Shown: positions 1 to 10,301 of the stretch, one piece after another
How positions within the stretch are numbered: the stretch's first letter is position 1
Layout: each line of letters begins with the position of its first letter
Assembly: GCA_043812655.1 (NCBI GenBank)
Contig: JBDRLW010000046.1
Coordinates: 21,291 to 85,290 of the forward strand
Direction: 5' to 3'
Origin: a bacterium
GTDB taxonomy: Bacteria > Margulisbacteria > WOR-1 > O2-12-FULL-45-9 > XYB2-FULL-48-7
Length of the DNA: 64,000 nt
Made by a program: the position numbers and the translations under genes
Notes under the pieces: generated by a model
Told to the model about the DNA's origin: nothing
The model's input: only the letters and a program-made list of their open reading frames with translations
Database searches by the model: none

Positions 1-2
1 TA

Positions 3-1601
3 GGAGTAGCTCTAGTCACAACTGGTCCTGGCGGAACCAACGCTATTACTGGTGTGGCCGGTGCTTGGACCGATTCAATTCCTCTATTAGTCCTATCAGG
101 TCAGGTAAAAAGAGCTGATCTAGCCAAGAATGTTGGGGTGAGGACGCTTGGGTTTCAGGAATTAGCTGTTGTTTCGATCGTTAAACCGATCACAAAATAC
201 GCAGTCACAGTTCTAGAGCCCAAAGAGATCAAATATCATTTGGAAAAAGCTTTGTATCTAGCTAAGTCTGGTCGACCAGGTCCAGTTTGGCTTGATATTC
301 CGCTTGATGTCCAGGCGACCATGGTTGATGAGGCTGAATTAGCAGGTTTTACTGCTGAGCCGGAAGAAAAGCAAGAAACTGATATTAGAGATAAAATTTC
401 TCAAATTATTGATCTGATAAATAATTCAAAGCGGCCGGTGATGATTGCCGGGTACGGGATTAAAATATCAAAAAGTGAAGAGAACTTTATCGAATTGGCT
501 AAAAAATTAAATATTCCAGTGTTAACGACCTGGAAAGCAATGGATTTATTACCGGAAGATTCACCCCTTTATTATGGGCGGCCGGGTTGTATTGGGCAAA
601 GAGGAGCAAACTTTATCCAGCAGAATTCTGACCTGGTGATCGCTTTGGGAGCGCGGCTTGATTATGGCCAGATCGGTTTTGACCATGAAAGCTTTGCGCG
701 GCAAGCTAAAAAGATAATAATTGATGTTGATGGGGCAGAATTAAATAAGTTTAAGTTTAAAGTCGATATTAAGATCAATGCAGATGCCAGTGTGTTTATT
801 AATGAGCTAGAGAACCAACTGGGCAAGCTGAAAAATGTTGATCGAGCCGTTTGGCTAAAGCGTTGCCAGGATTGGAAAGATAAATATCCTGTTATTTTGC
901 CGGAGCATTGGCAAAAAAAAGATCTGGTCAGTACTTACGCTTTGGTTGATACATTAACGAAACATTCAGGCCAAGATGATGTATTTGCGCCGGAAAATTC
1001 TGGGGCAGCAAGCGAAATAGTGATGCAGGCTTTACGTTTAAAAAGTGGGCAAAGGGTTATAAGTACGAACACTTTGGGTTCGATGGGTTCTGGTTTGCCG
1101 GCGAGCATTGGGGCTTGTATTGCCAGCGGCAAGAAGCGGACGATCTCGGTTAATGGTGACGGCGGTTTTATGATGAATATCCAGGACCTGGAAACAGTTG
1201 CTAGACTGAAACTGCCGATCAAATATTTTATCCTGAATAATGATGGGTATGGTTCGATCAGGAATACGCAGAGGAATTTCTTTAAAGGATTTTATGTCGG
1301 TTCAGATCACACGAGCGGTGTGACAATTCCTGACTTAGAGAAGATCGCTACGGCTTTTGGCCTTAAATATTTCAAGATCGCAAATAATAGCGAACTGGAA
1401 GTTAAAGTTAAAGCAGCGCTCTTTGAGCCTGGGCCAGTTTTGTGCGATGTTGTTATCGATCCGGCAGAACCAACCATGCCGAAACTTACTTCCGAGCTCA
1501 AGGCCGATGGCTCGATGGTTTCCAAACCGCTGGAAGACCTCTGGCCGTTCTTGGAGCGGGGAGAGTTTAAGGCGAATATGATCGTTAAGCTTTTAGATTA
1601 A
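3..1601 (+). CDS. Thiamine-diphosphate-dependent acetolactate-synthase-like protein (YerE-like, sugar branching); 5'-truncated by window edge
   Basis: Frame open from nt 3 (GVALVTTGPGGTNAITGV). ALS motifs SGRPGPVWLDIPLDVQ, GSMGSGLP and GDG...NNDGYG. Lies among nucleotide-sugar genes, not ilv genes. Confidence 0.85.
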   Translation, partial: GVALVTTGPGGTNAITGVAGAWTDSIPLLVLSGQVKRADLAKNVGVRTLGFQELAVVSIVKPITKYAVTVLEPKEIKYHLEKALYLAKSGRPGPVWLDIPLDVQATMVDEAELAGFTAEPEEKQETDIRDKISQIIDLINNSKRPVMIAGYGIKISKSEENFIELAKKLNIPVLTTWKAMDLLPEDSPLYYGRPGCIGQRGANFIQQNSDLVIALGARLDYGQIGFDHESFARQAKKIIIDVDGAELNKFKFKVDIKINADASVFINELENQLGKLKNVDRAVWLKRCQDWKDKYPVILPEHWQKKDLVSTYALVDTLTKHSGQDDVFAPENSGAASEIVMQALRLKSGQRVISTNTLGSMGSGLPASIGACIASGKKRTISVNGDGGFMMNIQDLETVARLKLPIKYFILNNDGYGSIRNTQRNFFKGFYVGSDHTSGVTIPDLEKIATAFGLKYFKIANNSELEVKVKAALFEPGPVLCDVVIDPAEPTMPKLTSELKADGSMVSKPLEDLWPFLERGEFKANMIVKLLD

Positions 1602-1605
1602 TGAA

Positions 1606-2658
1606 ATGATAAACCATATTATTAAGGACGACTTAGAGATAATAATTAGCCATAAATTAGATTGGAGTAAATTTGATGATTCACTGGTTTTGATAACAGG
1701 CGCGAATAGTTATATCGCGGCCTACATTCTGGAAACGTTGCTTTATCTGAACGATAAATATGATAAGAAGATCAAGGTCGTGGCCTTAGCTAGAGACAAA
1801 GAAAAAGCGTTAAAGAAATATAGCCATCATCAAGGGAGGAAAGACCTGGAATTTATTTTCCAGGATGTTTGTCAGCCGATTAAAATCAAGGAACCGATAA
1901 ATTTTATTGTTCATGCCGCAAGTCAATCCAGCCCAAAGTATTATGAACATGATCCGGTTGGCACCTTATGCGCCAATACAATTGGTACGATAAATCTATT
2001 AAAAATAACAAACAAAAATGACTTAAAAGGTTTTTTGTTTTTAAGTACTGGGGGAGTGTATGGGGAAGTTAAAGCAAATCAGTTGCCAACTAAAGAAAAT
2101 AATTATGGATATATCGATCCAACAGATGTCATGTCATGTTATAACGAAAGCAAGAGAATGGGAGAGAATATTTGTGTCTGCTGGTCCCATCAATACGGGA
2201 TCCCAACAAAGATCGCCAGGATCTCCTGGGTTTATGGCCCAGGGATGGATTTGAATGATGAAAGGGTTGTTTCTTCCTTTGTTTCAGACATCTTAAATAA
2301 ACGTGATATTATCATCAAAAGCGATGGTCGAGCGACAAGGTCATTTTGCTATATAGCCGATGCGACAAAAGCCTTTTTTACCCTGCTTTTGAATGGGGCA
2401 AATGGGGGCGCATATAATGTTGGAGTTGAGAAAGAGACCAGTATTTATGAGCTAGCTAAGATAATAGTCGCTCAGTCACCGAAAAATGGGATCAAAATAA
2501 TAAGAAAACATGGCCACCGATCACTTTATCACCAGCAACATGTTTTTAAGAGAAGCTGTTTGGCTATAACAAAAATAAAAAAGCTCGGGTGGAAACCCCA
2601 AATAAATATTAACGATGGCATCAAAAGAACAATTCAAAGTTATTGTAACGATGAATAA
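1606..2658 (+). CDS. NAD-dependent epimerase/dehydratase (UDP-glucuronate decarboxylase-like SDR)
   Basis: ITGANSYIA Rossmann variant, HAAS, YNESK (YxxxK), VYGPG, RSFCYIAD. Confidence 0.85.
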   Translation: MINHIIKDDLEIIISHKLDWSKFDDSLVLITGANSYIAAYILETLLYLNDKYDKKIKVVALARDKEKALKKYSHHQGRKDLEFIFQDVCQPIKIKEPINFIVHAASQSSPKYYEHDPVGTLCANTIGTINLLKITNKNDLKGFLFLSTGGVYGEVKANQLPTKENNYGYIDPTDVMSCYNESKRMGENICVCWSHQYGIPTKIARISWVYGPGMDLNDERVVSSFVSDILNKRDIIIKSDGRATRSFCYIADATKAFFTLLLNGANGGAYNVGVEKETSIYELAKIIVAQSPKNGIKIIRKHGHRSLYHQQHVFKRSCLAITKIKKLGWKPQININDGIKRTIQSYCNDE

Positions 2659-2686
2659 TCATGATCTGTCAGGAATAAATTAAAAA

Positions 2687-3577
2687 ATGAAAGTTTTTAT
2701 TACAGGCGGAGCTGGCTTTATAGCCAAAAATCTAACAGAACAATTGCAAAATGATGATGAGATTTTTGATTGTGATGTTGAGAAGCTGGATTTATTAGAT
2801 GATCAGAAAGTATTGAGCTATTTAAAGAAAAACAAATTTGATGTGGTCATCCATACTGCGACATATGATGTTATCACGAGACGATCGACCAAAGATCCAG
2901 CCAAGGTCTTAGAAAACAATCTCCGGATGTATTTCAATCTTATTAGAGGTCAAGATTATTATGGCCGATTGCTCTATTTTGGGTCAGGAGCGGAATATGG
3001 CAGGGAAAAATGGCAAGCCAAAATGAGAGAAGATTATTATGACCAAAATGTCCCGACCGATCAATATGGCTACTCAAAATATCTAATGACTAAATACGCG
3101 TTATTGCATAAAGATATTATTAATCTTAGGTTATTCGCTGTCTTTGGTAAATATGAAGAGTGGAGAGCCCGGTTTATTTCTAATGCGTGCTGTCGAGCGG
3201 TCTTAAACCTGCCGATCGAGATCAAGCAAAATGTCTTTTTTGATTATTTATATATTGATGATCTGGTGAAAATAGTTAAATGGTTTATCCATAATAAGCC
3301 GGCCAAGAAGGTGTATAACATTTGTACTGGCCAGGCGAATGATTTAAAGACGCTTGCTGAAATGGTTAGACAAATATCAGGAAAAAGATTGGATATTATT
3401 ATTAAAACAGAAGGGTTGGGGCGAGAATATAGTGGGGACAACTCATTATTAATGAGGGAGTTGAAAAACCTGGAGCTTAGCCCGTTAGAGGGATCGATTA
3501 AAAAACTTTATGATTGGTATGCTGACAACAAAGTAATGATCAAAGATTATTTTCAAAAGAAGTGCCTAGCACCATGA
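2687..3577 (+). CDS. NAD-dependent epimerase/NDP-4-keto sugar reductase
   Basis: ITGGAGFIA, GSGAEYG, YGYSK (YxxxK). Confidence 0.85.
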   Translation: MKVFITGGAGFIAKNLTEQLQNDDEIFDCDVEKLDLLDDQKVLSYLKKNKFDVVIHTATYDVITRRSTKDPAKVLENNLRMYFNLIRGQDYYGRLLYFGSGAEYGREKWQAKMREDYYDQNVPTDQYGYSKYLMTKYALLHKDIINLRLFAVFGKYEEWRARFISNACCRAVLNLPIEIKQNVFFDYLYIDDLVKIVKWFIHNKPAKKVYNICTGQANDLKTLAEMVRQISGKRLDIIIKTEGLGREYSGDNSLLMRELKNLELSPLEGSIKKLYDWYADNKVMIKDYFQKKCLAP

Positions 3578-4512
3578 CAAAAAGAAAAAAACAATATCAG
3601 GGCTTGCTAGATATTAGGACTAACTATAAGTCGGGTTTGATAAATAAAGCGGATTATATCGATCAATGTCAGGCGCGACATCTTCAATTATTTGATTATC
3701 CTGGATTTATGATGGGAACAAATATTTCATCAATTGAGATCAAGGATCATGGCATTTGCCTTACAACACGCAATGAAGGGATCAAGATGATGGCAAGCCA
3801 AATTGACAAAAGAACTGCGCCAATAGAAATGCTAAATTTTGGGGATGCGGAGAAAGACGAAATGATAATATTAAAAAAACTTATTAAGAAAAACAGGAAA
3901 AAGAATATCACGATATTAGATGTTGGGGCTAATATCGGGTGGTTTAGTCTATATTATGCAAAAGCCTTGCCTGGATCTCAAATATATTCATTTGAGCCGA
4001 TTGCTAATAATTATGCCAATATTTTGTTTAATATAAAATTAAATGGCTTAAAGAATATAAAAGCTGTCAATGTTGGGGTTTCAGACCATCAAGGGGTGGC
4101 AACTTTTTATTGTGATCAGGAAATTACCGCCAATGCTTCCTTGGTTAAGCATAGCGCCAGAAAGCATTTAGAAGAAAAGAACGTGAAATTGGTGACGTTA
4201 GACAAGTATTGCGGCCAAAATGGAATTAGACCGGACCTACTTAAAGTCGATGTCGAGGGGGCGGAATTATTTGTGTTTAAAGGGGCGAAACGGATCCTGG
4301 CCGATCATCATCCGATCGTTTTCGCTGAAATGCTTCGCAAGTGGGCGGAGAAATTTAATTATCACCCTAACCAAATAATTGAATTATTGAATAATTATGG
4401 ATACCAATGCTTCCGTTTGTGCGGCGACAGATTGAGGCTTTTTGCCAAGATGGATGACTCAACTAAGGAAACGAATTTCTTTTTTCTTGATCAACGATAC
4501 CATAAAATATGA
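3574..4512 (+). CDS. FkbM family methyltransferase
   Basis: LDVGANIG, SFEP, LKVDVEGAE motifs. ATG 3574 overlaps the upstream stop (ATGA). Confidence 0.88.
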   Translation: MTKRKKQYQGLLDIRTNYKSGLINKADYIDQCQARHLQLFDYPGFMMGTNISSIEIKDHGICLTTRNEGIKMMASQIDKRTAPIEMLNFGDAEKDEMIILKKLIKKNRKKNITILDVGANIGWFSLYYAKALPGSQIYSFEPIANNYANILFNIKLNGLKNIKAVNVGVSDHQGVATFYCDQEITANASLVKHSARKHLEEKNVKLVTLDKYCGQNGIRPDLLKVDVEGAELFVFKGAKRILADHHPIVFAEMLRKWAEKFNYHPNQIIELLNNYGYQCFRLCGDRLRLFAKMDDSTKETNFFFLDQRYHKI

Positions 4513-4516
4513 ACCG

Positions 4517-5008
4517 ATGAATATATTTAAGGCGATCAAGGATATTGATGAACAGGTTGCCGATGCTTCGCAGGGCTTACCCGAAGAACTGTTTTTTTTA
4601 ATTAGCCGGCTTGTACCAATGGTTAATGTTGACTTGCTTATTAAAGACGAAAAGGGGCGGATCCTTTTAGCCTGGCGGGATGATCAATATGCCGGCATTG
4701 GCTGGCATTTGCCTGGCGGGATAGTGCGTTTCAAGGAAAAATTAGAAAAGCGGATCGATCAGGTAGCTTTAACTGAGATCGGGCAGGCGGTGTCATTTGA
4801 ACCGGTGCCTTTGGCAATGAATCAAGTCATTTGTGAGCATGAGATAAGGGGCCATTTTATTTCAATTTTATATAAATGTTCTTTGCCAGGCCAATTTATC
4901 CCCAAAAATGCCGGGTTAACGAACAAAGACCCGGGCTTCTTAAAATGGCACGAAGCTTGCCCAGAAAACCTAGTCAAAGTCCATGAGATGTATCGAAAAT
5001 ATGTTTAG
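4517..5008 (+). CDS. Nudix hydrolase (GDP-mannose mannosyl hydrolase-like)
   Basis: PMVNVDLLI...WHLPGGIVRFKE...ALTEIG resembles the modified Nudix box of Gmm/WcaH. ATG 4517 chosen over the TTG at 4442. Confidence 0.75.
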   Translation: MNIFKAIKDIDEQVADASQGLPEELFFLISRLVPMVNVDLLIKDEKGRILLAWRDDQYAGIGWHLPGGIVRFKEKLEKRIDQVALTEIGQAVSFEPVPLAMNQVICEHEIRGHFISILYKCSLPGQFIPKNAGLTNKDPGFLKWHEACPENLVKVHEMYRKYV

Positions 5009-5016
5009 GAGTATTT

Positions 5017-6153
5017 ATGAAAACAAATAAATGTCGGGTTTGTGGCCATGATCTTTTTAAAGCTCCTTTATTGAAGCTGGAAAACATGCCGAAGGCAGCC
5101 CAATATTTGCCTGATGCAAAAACACTTGTTAATGATAACGGGATCAGGCTTGAGGTCTGTCAATGTTCTGGTTGCGGTCTAGTCCAATTAAATAATAAAC
5201 CGGTGCCATATTATCGGGAAGTAATCCGCGCGGCGGCCTTTTCTCCGGAGATGCGAATTTTTCGGGCTAAACAATTTGCCGCTTTTGTGTCACGCTATTC
5301 GCTAAAAGGGGAAAAAGTTATTGAAATAGGTTGTGGGCACGGCGAATATTTGGAGATCATGCGGGAGCAAGGGGTTGAGGCTTTTGGTCTGGAACATTTG
5401 GCTAAGGCGGTCGCCCAATGCAAGAAGAAAGGTCTAAAAACGAGACAGGGTTTTATTGACAAGGCGTCTACTAAAATTCTTGGAGCGCCTTTTGTGGCTT
5501 TTTTTATGATGAGCTTTTTAGAACATTTGCCTGAGCCTAATACAACGCTAGTTGGAATCAGGAATAATTTAGATGATGGGGGGTTCGGCTTGGTCGAGGT
5601 CCCCAATTTTGATCTCATCTTACAGCAAAACCTTTTTGCGGAATTCATTGGCGACCATTTGTTTTACTTTACTAAAGAGACTTTAGCGCGGACCTTAGAG
5701 CTTAATGGTTTTGATGTTATTGAATGTCAAGAAGTTTGGCATAATTATATTATTTCGGCAGTGGTAAAAAAGCGCCGGAAGCTTGAGCTGAATGGTTTAA
5801 AGCACCAGCAAACGTGCTTAAAATTTGAAATACAAGCGTTGCTAGACAGATATCAAGAGAAACAGGTGGCGGTTTGGGGGGCAGGGCACCAAGCGTTAGC
5901 TCTTATTGCCTTAATGGGGATTGCTAAAAAGATCAAATATGTGGTTGATTCGGCTACCTTTAAACAAGGGAAATATACTCCTGCCACGCATCTCCCGATC
6001 GTGGGACCTGACAAACTGGACAGTGATCCGGCTAAAGCGATTATTGTTGTGGCCGCTAGTTATTCAGCTGAAGTAGTAGGGATCATAAAACAAAAATATG
6101 GCAATAAAGTTGAAATATTTGTTATTAAAGAAGGAACGATTAAGACAGTATGA
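5017..6153 (+). CDS. SAM-dependent NDP-sugar C-methyltransferase-like protein with N-terminal Zn site
   Basis: CRVC...CSGCGLVQL zinc motif, IEIGCGHG SAM motif, FLEH, EVPN, and C-terminal VWGAG...KQGKYTP domain. Confidence 0.8.
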   Translation: MKTNKCRVCGHDLFKAPLLKLENMPKAAQYLPDAKTLVNDNGIRLEVCQCSGCGLVQLNNKPVPYYREVIRAAAFSPEMRIFRAKQFAAFVSRYSLKGEKVIEIGCGHGEYLEIMREQGVEAFGLEHLAKAVAQCKKKGLKTRQGFIDKASTKILGAPFVAFFMMSFLEHLPEPNTTLVGIRNNLDDGGFGLVEVPNFDLILQQNLFAEFIGDHLFYFTKETLARTLELNGFDVIECQEVWHNYIISAVVKKRRKLELNGLKHQQTCLKFEIQALLDRYQEKQVAVWGAGHQALALIALMGIAKKIKYVVDSATFKQGKYTPATHLPIVGPDKLDSDPAKAIIVVAASYSAEVVGIIKQKYGNKVEIFVIKEGTIKTV

Positions 6154-7820
6154 TCGCTAACGTGCGGACTAAGGCTAAAACAAAAATATTATTTATTATC
6201 CCACCTCATATAAGCTTCAGGCAATATATTCATCCAGCTTTTAATGAAAGAGTCCTCCATAAAAAAAACGGTGATTTTGGTAGCGTCTTAACTGATATGC
6301 CGTTAGGGGTTTTGGCCATAAGCAGCTATATCAAGAAACATGCCGAAGCAGAGGTAAGGCTGATAGATTTTAACATTGTTTTGAACAAACTAGACGAATT
6401 TAACTTTAGTTCTTTTCAGGATTTTTTTCGTGATCAGCTAAAAGTCCATAAAATGGCTGGCTATGAACCGGACATAATAGGGATTTCCGCGCTCTTCACT
6501 CCGGCTTACCGGAATATGTTGGATATCAGCCTCTGTTGTCGGGAAATATTCCCGCCAACCGTTATCGTCGCTGGCGGTAGTGTGCCGACCAACCTTTATA
6601 AGGAAATCTTTGCCGAAAGTAACAGTTTTGACGGTCTTTGTTTTGGTGAAGGGGAAAAGCCGTTCTTGGCGTTGGTTAAGGCCACCGACAAAAAACGCCT
6701 GCTCTGCGAACATGATTCTTGGATCACTCAAGAAAAGGTTCAAGCGAATCGATCTTATCAGCACGATTTTATTGAAGATCTTGATCAGATACCTTTTACC
6801 GACTACAGCATCTGTAAAATGACCGAATATGGCCGTAATCCAGCCATTACTGCGTACGCTTCGCTTGTTGATCAGAACCAGAATTTTCACGTGATGACAT
6901 CGCGCGGCTGTCCGCACCGCTGTTGTTTCTGCTCTTCCCATACCGTTCATGGTCGGCAGATGCGTTATTACAGCGTGGCTCGTGTAAAAGAGGATTTTCA
7001 ACGATTAAGAGATCAATATGGGGCAAAGATCCTGGTTTTCCAAGATGATCACTTTGTGGCTGACCGAAAGAGGGCTTTAGAAATAATCGGGATCGTTAAA
7101 GAACTTAATTTAAGAGCGGTTTTTCAAAATGGACTAGCGTTATACGCGCTTGATCGGCCAATACTTGAAGCTTTGAGGAGCGCGGGGGTCGATCAACTTC
7201 TTTTGTCCGTCGAATCAGGCAGTGCCAGAGTACTTAAGGAAATTATGCACAAGCCGCTTGACCTGACCATTGTCCAGCGGGTAGCTAATGATTGCCGCCA
7301 ATTAGGGATTTACACGAATGTGAATATTTTGATCGGTCTGCCAGGAGAAACCAAACAAGATATACAGGATGCTAGGGATTTTTTAAAGACGATCAATGCC
7401 AACTGGTTCCTGATATTTTGCGCCAATCCCTTAGTCGGGAGTGAGATGTTTGATATTTGCCGTGAGAAAAAACATCTTAAGGGTGATCATATTGATTGCG
7501 ATTATAAGAAAGCGGTTGTTGAGACAGAAGATTTTTCCGCTGAATACATCCAGGACATGGCTTATATAATGAACTTGGAACTTAATTTTGTGGAGAATAG
7601 CGATTTCCGGTTGGGTAATTATGCGATAGCCTTGAAGGGGTTTGAGAGCGCGATCAAAGCCAAAGATGACCATGCGCTGGCTTATTTTTGTGCCGCCAGA
7701 TGTTATGATAAACTTGGGGAAAGGGGAAAAGCTGGTCAATATATGTCTAAGGCAAAAGAAATTGTCAAGAATAGCGCTTTTTGGCGAAAATATGCCGAGA
7801 TGTTTAACCTTCCAATTTAA
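6150..7820 (+). CDS. Cobalamin-binding radical SAM protein with TPR-like C-terminus
   Basis: MPLG...IGIS...GG...GEGE B12-binding region, then TSRGCPHRCCFC (CxxxCxxC), FQDD, SVESGS, IGLPGET. Confidence 0.88.
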   Translation: MIANVRTKAKTKILFIIPPHISFRQYIHPAFNERVLHKKNGDFGSVLTDMPLGVLAISSYIKKHAEAEVRLIDFNIVLNKLDEFNFSSFQDFFRDQLKVHKMAGYEPDIIGISALFTPAYRNMLDISLCCREIFPPTVIVAGGSVPTNLYKEIFAESNSFDGLCFGEGEKPFLALVKATDKKRLLCEHDSWITQEKVQANRSYQHDFIEDLDQIPFTDYSICKMTEYGRNPAITAYASLVDQNQNFHVMTSRGCPHRCCFCSSHTVHGRQMRYYSVARVKEDFQRLRDQYGAKILVFQDDHFVADRKRALEIIGIVKELNLRAVFQNGLALYALDRPILEALRSAGVDQLLLSVESGSARVLKEIMHKPLDLTIVQRVANDCRQLGIYTNVNILIGLPGETKQDIQDARDFLKTINANWFLIFCANPLVGSEMFDICREKKHLKGDHIDCDYKKAVVETEDFSAEYIQDMAYIMNLELNFVENSDFRLGNYAIALKGFESAIKAKDDHALAYFCAARCYDKLGERGKAGQYMSKAKEIVKNSAFWRKYAEMFNLPI

Positions 7821-7835
7821 TAAAAGGAGAAGAGT

Positions 7836-8933
7836 ATGTCTGATCAAACAGGGCAATTAAAAACGAACGAGATTGAAAAAAGAAATTCATTGAAAAAAGA
7901 CAAACCGCATGTTTTTGCCAAGATCATGAAATACGACGAAAAAATAAAACGGGGAGAAAGCATTGCGATTATCCAGTTCCAATATGACTATACCTGTAAT
8001 TTTCGCTGTGAGCACTGCTCGGTCAAGCGATTTCAGGGTAAAAACGATAAACGATGTTTTACGATCGACGATGTTAAAGAGCTCTCCCGGCAGGCGGATG
8101 AAATGGGGTTGGCCCATATAGTTATTACTGGGGGAGAACCGTTGGTGTTCTCCGATTTTGATGAGCTAGTCAAGGCGATCGATCCGCAAAAATTCTACAT
8201 CACTTCTGATACCAATGGGTGGTTGTTGGATGAGGCCAAGGCAAAACATATTAAAAGCTTAGGCGTTGATAAGATCCAGCTTAGCTTGGATAGTTTGGAT
8301 CCGGCAGTGCATGATGAGTTTCGGCGCCAGAAAGGATCACATGAGCGGGCGCTCAAAGCGATCGAAGCGGCACAAACAGCGGAGCTAAACATCATCGTTC
8401 AAACAGTCGTGACCAAGCAAAGGATCCGTTCTCAAGAATTTATTGATTTCTTGAAGTTCCTTAATGATAAAGGAGTGGGAGTCTTTGTTACTTATGCAAA
8501 ACCTGTTGGCGCTTGGGAAGGCAATTATGACGCACTGGTAGATCGAAGTGATATGGATTATATGCGGGAACTGGAGAAAAAATATAATGTGTTTACCCAT
8601 CTAACGCCTTCTTACGGTCTTGATCTTGGTTGTATCGGTGTAAAGAGGATGATTTCCATTACCCAGTATGGTGATGTTTTGCCTTGTCCCTATATCCATG
8701 TTTCACTGGGCAACTTCTTTCAAGAACCGTTGAAGGATATTGTAGAAAAAGGCTTGAATATTAAGCATTTTGGTCAGTATTGTGATACTTGTTGGATCGC
8801 TGAAGATAGGGAATTTATCAAGAAATACGTCTCTGGCAGGATTTACGGCAAACCATTGCCGGTACCCTATGATGAAGTATTTTTTAAAGAAGATATAATT
8901 GAACCGAAAGATCGACGTTTGTATCGCATTTAA
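7836..8933 (+). CDS. Radical SAM protein with SPASM/twitch-like C-terminus
   Basis: CNFRCEHC, TGGEP, DTNG, SLDS; C-terminal C...GDVLPCP. SD AGGA upstream. Confidence 0.88.
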   Translation: MSDQTGQLKTNEIEKRNSLKKDKPHVFAKIMKYDEKIKRGESIAIIQFQYDYTCNFRCEHCSVKRFQGKNDKRCFTIDDVKELSRQADEMGLAHIVITGGEPLVFSDFDELVKAIDPQKFYITSDTNGWLLDEAKAKHIKSLGVDKIQLSLDSLDPAVHDEFRRQKGSHERALKAIEAAQTAELNIIVQTVVTKQRIRSQEFIDFLKFLNDKGVGVFVTYAKPVGAWEGNYDALVDRSDMDYMRELEKKYNVFTHLTPSYGLDLGCIGVKRMISITQYGDVLPCPYIHVSLGNFFQEPLKDIVEKGLNIKHFGQYCDTCWIAEDREFIKKYVSGRIYGKPLPVPYDEVFFKEDIIEPKDRRLYRI

Positions 8934-8945
8934 TAGGGGGAAGAA

Positions 8946-9875
8946 ATGAAAAAGATAAGCATAGTTACACCGACATATAATGAGGCAGGGAATGTAAGGG
9001 AAATATACAGGCAGGTAAAGGAAATATTTAGCAAATTGCCGGAATACAAGTATGAACATTTATTTATTGACAATGCTTCAAAAGACCAGACGGTTGAGAT
9101 TTTAAAAGAAATAGCGGCTAACGATAATAATATTAAAATTATTGTTAATACCCGTAACTTTGGCCATATTCGCTCGGGATATTATGGTTTTTTGAAAACA
9201 ACAGGTGATGCGGTTATCACCTTGGTCGCTGATTTACAAGATCCTCCAACAATGATAATCGATTTTATCAGGAAGTGGAAAGAGGGATACAAGATTGTGG
9301 TTGGAGTAAAAAAAAAGAGTCAGGAGTCTCGGTTGATGTTTGTGGTTCGCAACCTTTTTTACCGGTTAATTGGGACTTTATCAGAAGTTGAACAAGTGAG
9401 AGGGTTTACTGGTTTTGGATTATATGATAAAAGGGTGGTCGAGATACTCAAACAAATTGATGATCCTTATCCGTATTTTAGGGGCTTGATCACGGATCTT
9501 GGCTTTGAAATAGCAAAAGTAGAATATTTTCAACCGAAGCGCTGGCACGGGAGAACAAAGAATAATTTTTATACCCTCTACGACTTGGCGATGCTGGGCA
9601 TTACCAACCATTCAAAAATTCCTTTACGCCTGGCAACCATGCTTGGGTTTTTGATCTCAATTCTTTCTATTTTGACCGCCTTTGGATACTTGATCTACAA
9701 GTTGGTTTTCTGGAACAATTTTAACGTTGGGATTGCCCCGTTAGTGATCGGTTTCTTTTTCTTTGCTTCTGTTCAGCTTTTCTTTATCGGGATACTTGGC
9801 GAGTATATTGGCTCAATTCATACCCAGGTATTGAAGCGGCCGCTGGTGATCGAGAAAGAGCGGATAAACTTTTAA
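8946..9875 (+). CDS. GT2 polyprenyl-phosphate glycosyltransferase (GtrB-like)
   Basis: VTPTYNE, IDNASKD, RNFG, ADLQDPP, two C-terminal TM helices, GEYIG...RP. Confidence 0.9.
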   Translation: MKKISIVTPTYNEAGNVREIYRQVKEIFSKLPEYKYEHLFIDNASKDQTVEILKEIAANDNNIKIIVNTRNFGHIRSGYYGFLKTTGDAVITLVADLQDPPTMIIDFIRKWKEGYKIVVGVKKKSQESRLMFVVRNLFYRLIGTLSEVEQVRGFTGFGLYDKRVVEILKQIDDPYPYFRGLITDLGFEIAKVEYFQPKRWHGRTKNNFYTLYDLAMLGITNHSKIPLRLATMLGFLISILSILTAFGYLIYKLVFWNNFNVGIAPLVIGFFFFASVQLFFIGILGEYIGSIHTQVLKRPLVIEKERINF

Positions 9876-10301
9876 ATGAAGGCGCTCTATCGGCAGCATA
9901 AGGATAAGATCAATTATCTTTTAGTTGGCGCTTGGAACACTTTATTTGGTTATTGTGTTTTTCTTTTGTTATATTTTTTGTTTGCCGCTAAGATCCATTA
10001 TCTGTTTTTGCTGGTATTTAGCAATATCTTGGCTATTACCAATGCTTATATCGGCTACAAGATCTTTGTCTTTCGGACTAAGGGAAATTATTTAAAAGAA
10101 TATCTACGTTTCTATGTGGTATATGGAGCGGCGATGATCTTGAATATGATAATATTGCCGTTCGTTGTAGAGTTGTTTAAACTTTCACCACCGATAGCCC
10201 AAACAGGGCTAATGCTGATCAATATAATATTTAGTTATTTGGGGCATAAATATTTTTCATTTGAACAAAGCGCAATCAAGAAAAGCACTACTGGGATTTG
10301 A
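9876..10301 (+). CDS. GtrA family small flippase
   Basis: 141 aa with about 4 TM, YLLVGAWNT, KIFVFR. Directly after the GtrB-like gene. Confidence 0.85.
   Translation: MKALYRQHKDKINYLLVGAWNTLFGYCVFLLLYFLFAAKIHYLFLLVFSNILAITNAYIGYKIFVFRTKGNYLKEYLRFYVVYGAAMILNMIILPFVVELFKLSPPIAQTGLMLINIIFSYLGHKYFSFEQSAIKKSTTGI

Noticed and set aside
10235..10301. 67-nt convergent overlap of gtrA and the GT-C-like gene as antisense regulation
   Set aside because: It is most simply a junction of two operons with non-conserved tails, and there is no further evidence.
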